Below, one piece after another: positions 27,784-35,892 of a stretch of 64,000 nucleotides of DNA. The position numbers and the translations under genes were made by a program. The notes beneath the pieces were generated by a model. The model was not told the origin of the DNA, did no database searches, and saw only the letters and a program-made list of their open reading frames with translations. Origin of the DNA: Nitrososphaerota archaeon. Lineage in GTDB: Archaea; Thermoproteota; Nitrososphaeria; Nitrososphaerales; Gagatemarchaeaceae. The stretch's first letter is position 1; every line of letters begins with the position of its first letter. The stretch is from the NCBI GenBank assembly GCA_027320425.1, contig DAHVLJ010000005.1, forward strand, positions 22,832-86,831. Reading direction: 5' to 3'.

Positions 27784-28419
27784 ATGAAGGGTTTATTGAA
27801 CCCCGACCAGGAGAAGGTCGTGTTGGGGCATCGTCCCACGAAGCTGGTTGTGATTTCAGGCATCATGAGCTTCCTGTTCGTTGCGAGCTTCGCTGCGGCC
27901 CTGGTGCCGGTCGCACATGCGTCGACTACCGTCAACGTCACGATCAAGAACTACACTTTCACCCCTTCGACGATCACGGTGGTGATCGGAGTAAACAACA
28001 CCGTGACCTGGACAAACGAGGACACAGTCAACCACGCACCCACCGCTAACGACGGGTCATGGGGAGGGACAACTGGAGCGGAAGGAGGGACGTACACGCA
28101 CACCTTCACCGTGGCGGGCACTTTCCCATATCATTGCGCGATCCACCCGACGATGACAGGGACGGTCATCGTGCTGGGCACAGGTTCGGCGTCTTCCACG
28201 ACGACCTCTTCAAGCGCTACGACCGTGGCGACCACCACGACAGCCGCCACGACGCCCGCTACCACCACGACCACGACCTCCGTTCCAGCGTCGAGCACCA
28301 CATCGGGAGGCGTCCCAGAGTTCCCATATGGGAGCCTCTCTGTGGCTCTAGTCGCCGTGATGATAGCCGCGTCTTACGTCTACGTGAGACGCCGCCAAAT
28401 GTCCATCCGGCCCCCCTGA
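27784..28419 (+). CDS. blue (type 1) copper protein, plastocyanin/cupredoxin-like, with Thr-rich linker and PEF-type C-terminal anchor
   Basis: Signal peptide ...LVPVAHA|STT. Cu ligands are in VNHAP and YHCAIHPTM. A Thr/Ser linker follows, then GGVPEFPYGSLSVALVAVMIAASYVYVRRRQ. ATG 27784; the ORF opens at 27676. Confidence 0.85.
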   Translation: MKGLLNPDQEKVVLGHRPTKLVVISGIMSFLFVASFAAALVPVAHASTTVNVTIKNYTFTPSTITVVIGVNNTVTWTNEDTVNHAPTANDGSWGGTTGAEGGTYTHTFTVAGTFPYHCAIHPTMTGTVIVLGTGSASSTTTSSSATTVATTTTAATTPATTTTTTSVPASSTTSGGVPEFPYGSLSVALVAVMIAASYVYVRRRQMSIRPP

Positions 28420-28424
28420 TAGTC

Positions 28425-28943
28425 TCAGAAACCGTTTATCGACCAAGTCGCTCGGTCTTCCGCGGCGAACTCCCTCACCGCATCTTCCTGCGCCCGCTCC
28501 ACGAACTCGGGCTTGATCGACCTCAACTCCCTCATCGCCTCATCGGCGCTCAGCCCGCGAACGCGTATCAGGTAGGCGGAAAGCACGCAGCCCGTCCTCC
28601 CCTCCCCTGCAAGGCAGTGCACCAGGACAGATTTCCCAGACGACCTCTGGGTGTCTATGAACTTCACACCCTCTGAAATGGAGGCGACGCTCGGCGGCTC
28701 GTGATCTTTCATCGACACGTGCGCCAGGGCCAGGCCGAGCCCACCGGTCCACTCTGATGGGAGAGGCTTCTCGGTAAGGGTCAGGATGCTCTGCACCCCG
28801 TTCTTTGCCAGCCATGCGACCTGGGACCTGGAGGCAGGGTAGCCTGAGCCAGCAAGAGACTTGCCTTCTACCCACACGAAGCCAGTCGGCCTGTCTTCTA
28901 CCCTCGCCCTGAGCTTTCTAAGAAAGACTCCGCCGGTCCCCAA
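28425..28943 (-). CDS. dual-specificity / tyrosine protein phosphatase
   Basis: P-loop VLVHCLAGEGRTGCV (HCxxGxxRT). Confidence 0.85.
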   Translation of the reverse strand: MGTGGVFLRKLRARVEDRPTGFVWVEGKSLAGSGYPASRSQVAWLAKNGVQSILTLTEKPLPSEWTGGLGLALAHVSMKDHEPPSVASISEGVKFIDTQRSSGKSVLVHCLAGEGRTGCVLSAYLIRVRGLSADEAMRELRSIKPEFVERAQEDAVREFAAEDRATWSINGF

Positions 28944-28986
28944 GCTGAATCAGCTGTTATCCGCGCTTGGCTTAGAACGTTTAGGA

Positions 28987-29274
28987 CTACAGGACTTCGA
29001 GCTTTCCGTATTTGCCCACATTGAGGCGAAGCTCGCCCCGGAAGCTGTTGGTGTAGCCGTTCGTCACCCTCACCTTGGAGCCGACCTTGACCTGGTCGAT
29101 CTGGTCGTCCCAGAGCGAGAGCTTGATCTGGCCGCTGTCGTCCTTCAGCTGGCAGTCGGCCACCCTGGCCTCTCCACCAGTCCTAAGGTTGACAGTCCTG
29201 GGCTCCTGCATCTCGGCAATCTCGCCTTCAGCGTCCACCCTTCTCATACCGTCACGCAAATCGCGTACGTTCAT
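28987..29274 (-). CDS. single OB-fold nucleic-acid-binding protein (short SSB/RPA-like)
   Basis: 95 aa. VADCQLKDDSGQIKLSLWDDQID...VRVTNGYTNSFRGELRLNVGKYGKLEV is the typical OB pattern. Confidence 0.65.
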   Translation of the reverse strand: MNVRDLRDGMRRVDAEGEIAEMQEPRTVNLRTGGEARVADCQLKDDSGQIKLSLWDDQIDQVKVGSKVRVTNGYTNSFRGELRLNVGKYGKLEVL

Positions 29275-29353
29275 GCGAAGGCTGGTCGTCGGACGGCATT
29301 ATTTAACATTGAAGCAGTGAAAAGGGGACTGGAAACCGTTTAATCAGAAAGAA

Positions 29354-30406
29354 ATGGTCGGCCTGCTTCAGTTGTTCTCATGGATACTTCAGGGCGGGCT
29401 CCTGCTCCTTGCCTTCTTCGTCCCACTGGTCCTCCTGTTAGCCGCTTTTCCCCCTTTCCTACGATACCTTGCCAGGATAGGCCACGTCTCTGACGACGCC
29501 CACAAGTCGCCACCGACGAAGGTGCCGGAGCCCGCGGGGCCGCTCCTCTTCATCGCCATCCTTGCCGGAGAGCTGACAGTCGCCGCGGGATATGGCTCGT
29601 ATGTCCCCCTGGCGCTCGTCGCAGGTGCAGGCATAGCCTTCGCGATAGGGCTTGCCGACGACCTTTACGTCCTGGGGGGGAAGACCAAACCGCTGTTGCT
29701 TTTGCTAGCCGGAGTGGGTTTCGTCAGTTTCGTCTTTGTCAGGCCGGAGATATACACCTCTGACCTCAGCTTCCCTCTGCTCGGGGACACAAGTCCGCAC
29801 TTCATCATTTTCACCGTCCTCGCGATAGTGGCTTTCCCGGTCGTCACCAACGCGTTCAACATGATGGACGCGTTCAACGGCGAGATCTCCTGGTTCACGC
29901 TGCTCACCTCGCTGGCCCTGCTTGCTGGGGTGGTGCTCCACGAGGTCTACAGAGGAGGCTTCTCCATGTCGAGGGTCGCTTCGGTCCTTCCACTCGTAGC
30001 CGTGGCTACTGGTTTCCTGGTGTATAACAGGTATCCCGCCAGGGCGTTCGACGGGGACAGCGGGAGCCTGATGTTCGGCGCCATGTTCGCGGGCATCGCG
30101 ATCACGGGCGGGGTGGAAGTGGCGGCGATGATAGCGATGGTCCCAGCCATACTCAACTCGTTCTACACGCTCTCGAGCGTCAGAGGCTTCGTGGAGCGGC
30201 GAAAGATGTCCTCGAGGCCGACTTTCATCGGGAGCGACGGACTCCTGCACGCGTCCGTCGAAAAGGACGCCCCGAACACGTTGGTGCGCCTCGTCCTCCT
30301 CGCATCGCCTCTCACGGAGAAAGACCTGGTCAAGAGCATAGTCAAGCTCGTCGCGGTCGCGTGCGCTTTCTCAGTCGGCATCTCGGTCCTCACGTGGGTG
30401 CTCTAG
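29354..30406 (+). CDS. GT4-family polyprenyl-phosphate N-acetylhexosamine-1-phosphate transferase (AglH/WecA/MraY-like)
   Basis: About 10 TM helices with GLADDLYVLGGKTK, NAFNMMDAFNG and YNRYPARAFDGDSGS. Confidence 0.82.
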   Translation: MVGLLQLFSWILQGGLLLLAFFVPLVLLLAAFPPFLRYLARIGHVSDDAHKSPPTKVPEPAGPLLFIAILAGELTVAAGYGSYVPLALVAGAGIAFAIGLADDLYVLGGKTKPLLLLLAGVGFVSFVFVRPEIYTSDLSFPLLGDTSPHFIIFTVLAIVAFPVVTNAFNMMDAFNGEISWFTLLTSLALLAGVVLHEVYRGGFSMSRVASVLPLVAVATGFLVYNRYPARAFDGDSGSLMFGAMFAGIAITGGVEVAAMIAMVPAILNSFYTLSSVRGFVERRKMSSRPTFIGSDGLLHASVEKDAPNTLVRLVLLASPLTEKDLVKSIVKLVAVACAFSVGISVLTWVL

Positions 30407-30410
30407 AAAC

Positions 30411-30662
30411 GTGAAGCTCCTTCCGCTTTATCTGATAGAGTCGGTCGCGTTCCTGCTGATAATCGCCGAAACCTACGTCTTCTTCATATTCGTCGTCCCG
30501 CTTGGATCGATTCCCCACACCCTGACTGAGTACACGTCGCTCGCGCTGCTGAAGGTCTTCCTCATACTCGTCCTTGGTGCGGTTTGGTTCTTCGTCCTCG
30601 ATGAGCTGACGGGCCTCTACGTCAGGTCTAAGGTCGGGAGTTCTCCCAGACCTTCATCTTAG
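30411..30662 (+). CDS. hypothetical small membrane protein
   Basis: 83 aa with 2-3 TM helices. GTG start 5 nt after the GT4 stop. The 3' end overlaps the convergent acyltransferase gene by 35 nt. Confidence 0.4.
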   Translation: MKLLPLYLIESVAFLLIIAETYVFFIFVVPLGSIPHTLTEYTSLALLKVFLILVLGAVWFFVLDELTGLYVRSKVGSSPRPSS

Positions 30663-31113
30663 CGTCGAACTCTTTCCGCGTGTAGGCCACCCTCGCTGGG
30701 ACCCCCATGACCACCTTGCCTGCCGGGACGTCCTTGGTCACGACGGCTCCCATCGCGACGACGCCCCTCTTCCCGACGGTGACCCCCGCCTTGATCACAG
30801 CCCTGGCTCCGATCACCGCCCCGTCCTCGATGGTTACCCCGATCATCTTCTTGCTGGGAGGGTAAGGGTCGTTAGTGAGCACCGCCGCGGGGCCGATGAA
30901 CACGTTCTTCCCGATCCGGGACAAAGGCGGGATGTATACTCCCCCTTCGATCATGGTCCCGCTCCCGATCTGGACGTTGTAGTCTACGTGCGCCAGCGAC
31001 CCAATCTTGACATTGTCCCCTATCGTCGTGTTCGAGCCCACGTAAGCGAAGTGCCAGATCTTGACGTTCTTTCCTATCTTCGCCTCAGGCGACACGAAGT
31101 TCATGACCTTCAT
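30628..31113 (-). CDS. hexapeptide-repeat (left-handed beta-helix) acyltransferase, WbpD-like
   Basis: Repeated [LIV]G-x4 hexapeptides throughout (IGKNVKI, IGDNVKI, IGSGTMI, IGKNVFI). Confidence 0.8.
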   Translation of the reverse strand: MKVMNFVSPEAKIGKNVKIWHFAYVGSNTTIGDNVKIGSLAHVDYNVQIGSGTMIEGGVYIPPLSRIGKNVFIGPAAVLTNDPYPPSKKMIGVTIEDGAVIGARAVIKAGVTVGKRGVVAMGAVVTKDVPAGKVVMGVPARVAYTRKEFDAKMKVWENSRP

Positions 31114-31117
31114 AACA

Positions 31118-32056
31118 TCACTCGAGGTATACCGGCGTCCCCGATGTGCTTGAAGCCAGGGCTGCTTCAGCGACCCTCATGACATTGAGCCCGTCTTTTC
31201 CTGTGACCAGGGGCTGTCTCTTTTCTCCGACGGCGTCTACGAATCCCTTCAGCTCGAGCATGAGCGGCTCTTGGAAGGGCCTGGTAGGGACCGTCGTCGT
31301 GGCTCCTTCGTGGATGCTCGTCTGCTGCGTCACGAAGTCGACGTCCACGACTCCGCCTGAAAAGACCGCGCTCATCGTCCTGACTCTGTTGGGCGTGATC
31401 CAGTTCGTCACCAAGAAGGCGGTCTTCTGCCCCGAAAATCCCAGCATGATGGTGGCGAAGTCCTCATGCTCAAGGGGGGCGAGCGCGGCGCCCACCCTCG
31501 CGTAGACGACTTTTGGGGCCTCCCCGAACAACCAGCAGGCGGTGTCGATGTCATGCACAGACGCGTCTTTCACTATGCCGACGTCGCTTATGCCCAGCCC
31601 TCTCCTGTTCTCCCTGTGGAACTCCAGAAGGATTGGCTCCCCCAGCTTGCCTTCCGAGAACATATGCTTCAGCGCGGTTATCGGCGGGTTGAACCTCTCG
31701 ATGAATCCGACAGTGATGAAGCGGTTAGCGCTCTTCGCAGCCTCGATGAGCATCTCTCCGTCCTTCATCGAGGTGGACATGGGCTTCTCGATGAAGACGT
31801 GCATCCCCGCGGTAAGCGCCTGCGTCGCCACCTGGAAGTGCGTGGTGGCAGGCGTGCAGACCGTGATCGCGTCGAGGTTCTCCTTCTTCAGCATGGCCTC
31901 GAGCGAAGTGTACCCGGGGACATGGTAATTCTTGGAGAAGGTGTCCGCCCTTGCCTGGTCCATGTCACAGACAGCTGCTAGGCAGTGGAGCTCGTTAAAC
32001 ACCCGGACGTGGTTCTTTCCCCAGCCTCCCGTCCCGACGACGCCGACCCGCACCAT
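31118..32056 (-). CDS. Gfo/Idh/MocA-family NAD(P) oxidoreductase, WbpB-like sugar dehydrogenase
   Basis: N-terminal Rossmann VRVGVVGTGGWGKNH and the EKP motif FIEKPMS. It lies 4 nt upstream of the acyltransferase. Confidence 0.8.
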   Translation of the reverse strand: MVRVGVVGTGGWGKNHVRVFNELHCLAAVCDMDQARADTFSKNYHVPGYTSLEAMLKKENLDAITVCTPATTHFQVATQALTAGMHVFIEKPMSTSMKDGEMLIEAAKSANRFITVGFIERFNPPITALKHMFSEGKLGEPILLEFHRENRRGLGISDVGIVKDASVHDIDTACWLFGEAPKVVYARVGAALAPLEHEDFATIMLGFSGQKTAFLVTNWITPNRVRTMSAVFSGGVVDVDFVTQQTSIHEGATTTVPTRPFQEPLMLELKGFVDAVGEKRQPLVTGKDGLNVMRVAEAALASSTSGTPVYLE

Positions 32057-32216
32057 CAGAAATTCGGTCCGAATCCTTGCGATATAGGGTTACTGCCATG
32101 GAACGCCGGCTACCATCCAAGGCCCACGCCGGGGAGAGTCAACCCGCCATGGTTCTCGCCCCAAAGCAGCTTTCAAAGTCTTAGAGTTATATGGAAACGT
32201 CTGGGTCGAAGAGGGG

Positions 32217-32444
32217 TTGCAGAGGCTTTCACTGATATCTCTGGCTGCTCTCGTCGCGGTGGCGGGCATCCTTGCTCTCGCCGTCTTCGTCCATCCCGGG
32301 GTGATTTCATCGCCTGCGCAGGGACAGAGCGCCGGCGCTCAGGGGGCGAACCAGATTGGCACGAACAGCTCTCTTCTGTCGCAGCCACCACCTTCTAGCT
32401 CCGGCGGCGGGAGCGATGACGGCGGCGGGTCGTCCGACGGGTAA
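32217..32444 (+). CDS. small signal/TM-anchored Gly/Ser/Asp-rich protein
   Basis: 75 aa with hydrophobic LSLISLAALVAVAGILALAVFV, then a low-complexity tail. TTG start, with a TTATAT box at 32186-32191. Confidence 0.4.
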   Translation: MQRLSLISLAALVAVAGILALAVFVHPGVISSPAQGQSAGAQGANQIGTNSSLLSQPPPSSSGGGSDDGGGSSDG

Positions 32445-32458
32445 CCGGAGCCTGATAC

Positions 32459-32935
32459 TTGCCGGAGTCCTTGTTCCTCGGGGACATAACGGGTTTCGCT
32501 GCGCTGGCCTTCCTGTGCCTTTCCGCTTTCATGATGGCCTTCAGGGCGAAGTTAGTGACGCTGTCAGGGGGGACCGCGCCCCTCAGGAACGCTCACGTCA
32601 TCGTCTCGCTCCTGGGGACGGTGTTCCTCGCCCTCCACATCGGGATCCTGTTCAACCTCCCGGTGACCATACCGCTCGACCTGGGGTACGGCGCGTTCGC
32701 GCTGGGGTTGTTCCTGTGGGCGACCGGCATCGGCTTTCTTGAGCGCAACAGGGACTCCTACTTTCTCCATGGATCGACGGCGGTGGCCCTTGTCGCCCTC
32801 GTCGTCGTACATGCTGCGTCTTCAGGGATTAACTTCCCCGAGTACGTAGCCGTTCCCGCGTTGATTGCCTCAGGTTCGATTGCACTGTTAAGCGGCGCGT
32901 TAACCATTAAGAGGCCGCGCCCGAAAGCCAGGTGA
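32459..32935 (+). CDS. 5-TM bis-histidine membrane protein, mini cytochrome-b-like (putative di-haem)
   Basis: 158 aa. H46-x13-H60 sits in TM2 and H104-x13-H118 in TM4. Contexts RNAH...LHIG and VHAASSGINFPEY resemble cytochrome b helices B and D. Confidence 0.6.
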   Translation: MPESLFLGDITGFAALAFLCLSAFMMAFRAKLVTLSGGTAPLRNAHVIVSLLGTVFLALHIGILFNLPVTIPLDLGYGAFALGLFLWATGIGFLERNRDSYFLHGSTAVALVALVVVHAASSGINFPEYVAVPALIASGSIALLSGALTIKRPRPKAR

Positions 32936-33408
32936 CAAAATCGGACAGGCGCGACTTCATCAGGAGGCTGTCGATGACCGCCGTGTTCGGGATCATCGGG
33001 GCCTTCGCCTACATCGAAGCTTTTGCCAAGATCGGAGAGCAGGCGCAGTACAGCCTTCTCCAGTCCGGTACCGCAGCAGGAACGCAGCAGGCTCCTACAG
33101 GATACGTGTATGTCGCCCCTTTGTCTGCCCTGTCGGCCAAGACTTCAGCCTACTTCGACCACCCTTCCCACGGGTCTTCGATCCTGGTGAATTTCGGTGG
33201 GCAGTGGAAGGCGTTCAGCGCCATCTGCACCCATGCGGGGTGCACGGTCGACTACACCGGCTCGTCGATCTTCTGCCCGTGTCATTCAGGGAGCTTCAGC
33301 CCGTCCAACGGGAGCGTCCAGGGCGGTCCTCCCCCGTCTCCGCTCCCCGAGTACGGAGTGGTGATACAGTCAGGGGACCTCTACGTCAGCCAGGCCATCA
33401 TCAACTGA
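32932..33408 (+). CDS. Rieske [2Fe-2S] protein, TAT-exported
   Basis: Twin-arginine SDRRDFIRRLSM plus an anchor helix. Cluster motifs CTHAGCTV and CPCHSGSF. The GTG start overlaps the upstream stop (GTGA). Confidence 0.85.
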   Translation: MTKSDRRDFIRRLSMTAVFGIIGAFAYIEAFAKIGEQAQYSLLQSGTAAGTQQAPTGYVYVAPLSALSAKTSAYFDHPSHGSSILVNFGGQWKAFSAICTHAGCTVDYTGSSIFCPCHSGSFSPSNGSVQGGPPPSPLPEYGVVIQSGDLYVSQAIIN

Positions 33409-33421
33409 ATACGAGCACGGG

Positions 33422-34531
33422 TCAGTCTCTTCGAAGAGCGGGGGTCGCGTAGATCAGGGTCGCATCTGCGTTCCCCAGCGCCTTCTTCATCGCTTTGAAG
33501 GAGTCCTGGTCTTCCCTGGAGCAGACGATTACCACGTTGTGCTTTAACGGGTCAAACACCTCTCGGCCCCCTTTGACCTTCGAACCTGAGACCACCTCCA
33601 CGTCTGTCACATAGTCCCTCAGCCGCTGCTGGATGCTCTCGGCGACCTGAAGCCTTTCCCCCCTCATCTCGTACTTGTCGAGGTTCCAGAGAAGGGAGAT
33701 CTTGGTCCTGCTGGCCTTCAGTTGCTTCTCCTTGAGCACCTCCCTTGTCTCGTCCACGACGTATCGCACGTAGTTGTCGAAGCTCTTCAGCGTGGCTCCC
33801 GCCAGATACGCGATTGACTCTCCAGTCTCTTCGCTGGCTTGGATTGCTTTCAACTCGAACAGATATTTCGAGAATTCGTCCAAGTACACCTCGGCCTTCC
33901 GCTGCAGGGATACCTTAGCCTCGCGCGCTCGCCTCGCCATCTCGATCTCGGTCACCGACTCCACCGCCGCTTCCATGACCCCTGCGGCGTACTCCAGTTC
34001 GGCAGAGAAGACATTCTGAGAATTGAGGGAGTAGCCCAGCCCGGTGAGCGGACCCTTGTCCATCAACCCCGCCGCGGACACCACCGCAGGCTTCTGCTCT
34101 CTCGGTCTCAGGGGAAGGTACGCATAGGTCAGCGTCGAACCTACCTGCAACCCCGTCTGTTTCTCTACGAGCATGATGTTCTCCGAGTTACCGCCGGGAC
34201 CAGTCGGGAGAGAGTTGACGAGTGTCACCCCCTTCGAGAGGTACTTCGAGAGTTCGCGCATCTTTGACACAGCCTCGATGAGGGTCTCGTCAGACGGTCG
34301 CCTCAGCTTGGGGGTGAAGAAGATCACCTGGGCCTCGCCGAGCACCTGTTCGAGCGGCTTGAAGCTAAGCAGCGGCTCTTCGGCCATGACCTCCTGGAGG
34401 TTGGGGTTCTTCTTCAGGAACCCCGGCTCTATGTCCATGGCCATCTGAAGGGTCTCGTCGACGATCGTCACCTGGGCCCTGTCGACAAGGTCCGCAGCCA
34501 ATCGGTATGCTTCGCTCGTAAGCCCATACAT
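33422..34531 (-). CDS. hypothetical protein, possibly a degenerate nucleotide-sugar dehydrogenase-like fold
   Basis: 369 aa from ATG 34531 (MYGLTSEAYRLAADLVDRAQVTIVD). The layout (Rossmann-like N-terminal part, long central helix, second alpha/beta domain) resembles UDP-sugar dehydrogenases, but the GxGxxG is replaced by YGLTSEA. The ORF-track extension to 34966 is rejected. Confidence 0.45.
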   Translation of the reverse strand: MYGLTSEAYRLAADLVDRAQVTIVDETLQMAMDIEPGFLKKNPNLQEVMAEEPLLSFKPLEQVLGEAQVIFFTPKLRRPSDETLIEAVSKMRELSKYLSKGVTLVNSLPTGPGGNSENIMLVEKQTGLQVGSTLTYAYLPLRPREQKPAVVSAAGLMDKGPLTGLGYSLNSQNVFSAELEYAAGVMEAAVESVTEIEMARRAREAKVSLQRKAEVYLDEFSKYLFELKAIQASEETGESIAYLAGATLKSFDNYVRYVVDETREVLKEKQLKASRTKISLLWNLDKYEMRGERLQVAESIQQRLRDYVTDVEVVSGSKVKGGREVFDPLKHNVVIVCSREDQDSFKAMKKALGNADATLIYATPALRRD

Positions 34532-34649
34532 CGCGACCTTGATCTTTGGCAAAACCTGCTCGGGGCTCGCAGCCCGTTTGGTATTATACTTTGAAACAAG
34601 GGCAAACGGATTAGTATCAAGACCTGGGCCGACTCTGCGAGGAACCGAG

Positions 34650-35702
34650 TTGCGCGTCTGGTTCGACGTTCTTACGCCCAAGCAGGTGCTGTTCTTCGGG
34701 CCCATTATCAGGAGCCTCAGTGACTCAGGCGCAGAGGTCCTGGCCACCTCGCGAAGATACCGTGAAGTCGGACCCCTCGCCGAAAGGTCGGGGCTGAAGC
34801 TCGAATATGTCGGAGACCGGGGTCGCAGGGGTGAGGAGGACCAGCTTCTGGCCGCGACCAGGCGGCAAGCTGAGATGATACCACTGGTCAGAGACTTCCG
34901 ACCGCAGGCCGCAGTTTCGATAGCTTCAGCGGTCTGTGCGCGGATAGCCTTCGGCCTGAAAGTCAAGCACGTCGCTGTGAACGACTCTCCTCACTCAGAA
35001 GTCGCAGGGAGGCTCTCGATCCCGCTTAGCCATCACCTGCTTTGCCCTTGGGTAATCCCATATGCTGCCTGGAAGCGTTTTGGAATCGGAAAGGACCAGG
35101 TCACGACATATCACGCTCTTGACCCCGCCGCCTGGCTAAAGCGGGCCCCTCTCCCCGGCCCGGTACCAAAGCTCAGGACCGGGAGGAAGACAATCACCGT
35201 CAGGGTTCAGGAGAGCGACGCCCCCTATCTTGCGAGTGCAGATGCGAAGTGGGTTGACACCGTCCTGACGTCGCTCCTCGGGGCGTTCCCCGACGCCAAC
35301 CTGGTGGCTCTATGCAGGTATGACTTCCAGGTGGAGGAGATAAGGAGAAAATTCGGCTCGAGGTGGATCGTCCCCGGCGAGGTCGTCAGCGGCCACGACC
35401 TTCTCTCCTCTACAGACCTGTTCGTCGGGATGGGTGGGACGATGAACGCCGAAGCCGCCTTGATGGGCGTGCCGACCATATCCGCGTTTCAGGGGGCGCT
35501 CTACACTGACAGGTACCTTGGCTCTGTGGGCCTTCTATCCAAGGCGCTCACGCCTGCCGCCCTTCTCTCAGAGGCGAAGAGACTGTTGAACTCGACGTCC
35601 AGGAAACGCTACGCTTCCAAGGCAAAGCGAACGCTCGACGCAATGGACGACCCTGTTCCAAAGATAGCAGGATTCATCAGAAAGACTGCCAATCAAGCCT
35701 AA
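34650..35702 (+). CDS. DUF354 family protein (GT-B-like)
   Basis: From TTG 34650: MRVWFDVLTPKQVLFFGPIIRSLSDSGAEVLATSRRY, matching the DUF354 N-terminus as I recall it (MKIWIDI.TPK.V.FF..II..L...GHEV). Confidence 0.7.
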   Translation: MRVWFDVLTPKQVLFFGPIIRSLSDSGAEVLATSRRYREVGPLAERSGLKLEYVGDRGRRGEEDQLLAATRRQAEMIPLVRDFRPQAAVSIASAVCARIAFGLKVKHVAVNDSPHSEVAGRLSIPLSHHLLCPWVIPYAAWKRFGIGKDQVTTYHALDPAAWLKRAPLPGPVPKLRTGRKTITVRVQESDAPYLASADAKWVDTVLTSLLGAFPDANLVALCRYDFQVEEIRRKFGSRWIVPGEVVSGHDLLSSTDLFVGMGGTMNAEAALMGVPTISAFQGALYTDRYLGSVGLLSKALTPAALLSEAKRLLNSTSRKRYASKAKRTLDAMDDPVPKIAGFIRKTANQA

Positions 35703-35730
35703 ATCACCACCACTGCGTGCTTTACACTGC

Positions 35731-35804
35731 AGCCCGGTCGTCTAGTTGGTCAAGGATGCTGGCCTTTGGAGCCGGCGACCCTGGTTCGAATCCAGGCCGG
35801 GCTA
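35731..35804 (+). tRNA. tRNA-Gln (anticodon TTG), no intron
   Basis: Acceptor AGCCCGG/CCGGGCT (A1-U72, as in archaeal tRNA-Gln), anticodon stem CTGGC/GCCGG, loop CTTTGGA, T arm CCTGG-TTCGAAT-CCAGG. Confidence 0.9.
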
Positions 35805-35814
35805 TCTTTTTCTT
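35805..35814 (+). terminator. oligo-T termination signal after tRNA-Gln
   Basis: TCTTTTTCTT lies immediately 3' of the discriminator base. Confidence 0.4.
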
Positions 35815-35892
35815 GCCGAGCGCACCGCTAGAAGACGCGCAGTTCCATCCATGAGTCGGGCCCTTTGAGCGTCGTGTGCAGCCTAATCTGCC

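Noticed and set aside
34532-34966. N-terminal 145-aa extension of ORF 33422-34966
   Set aside because: The extension is Ser/Arg/Pro-rich. It covers the divergent promoter and the first 100 codons of the DUF354 gene on the opposite strand. ATG 34531 gives a compact 118-bp divergent spacer.
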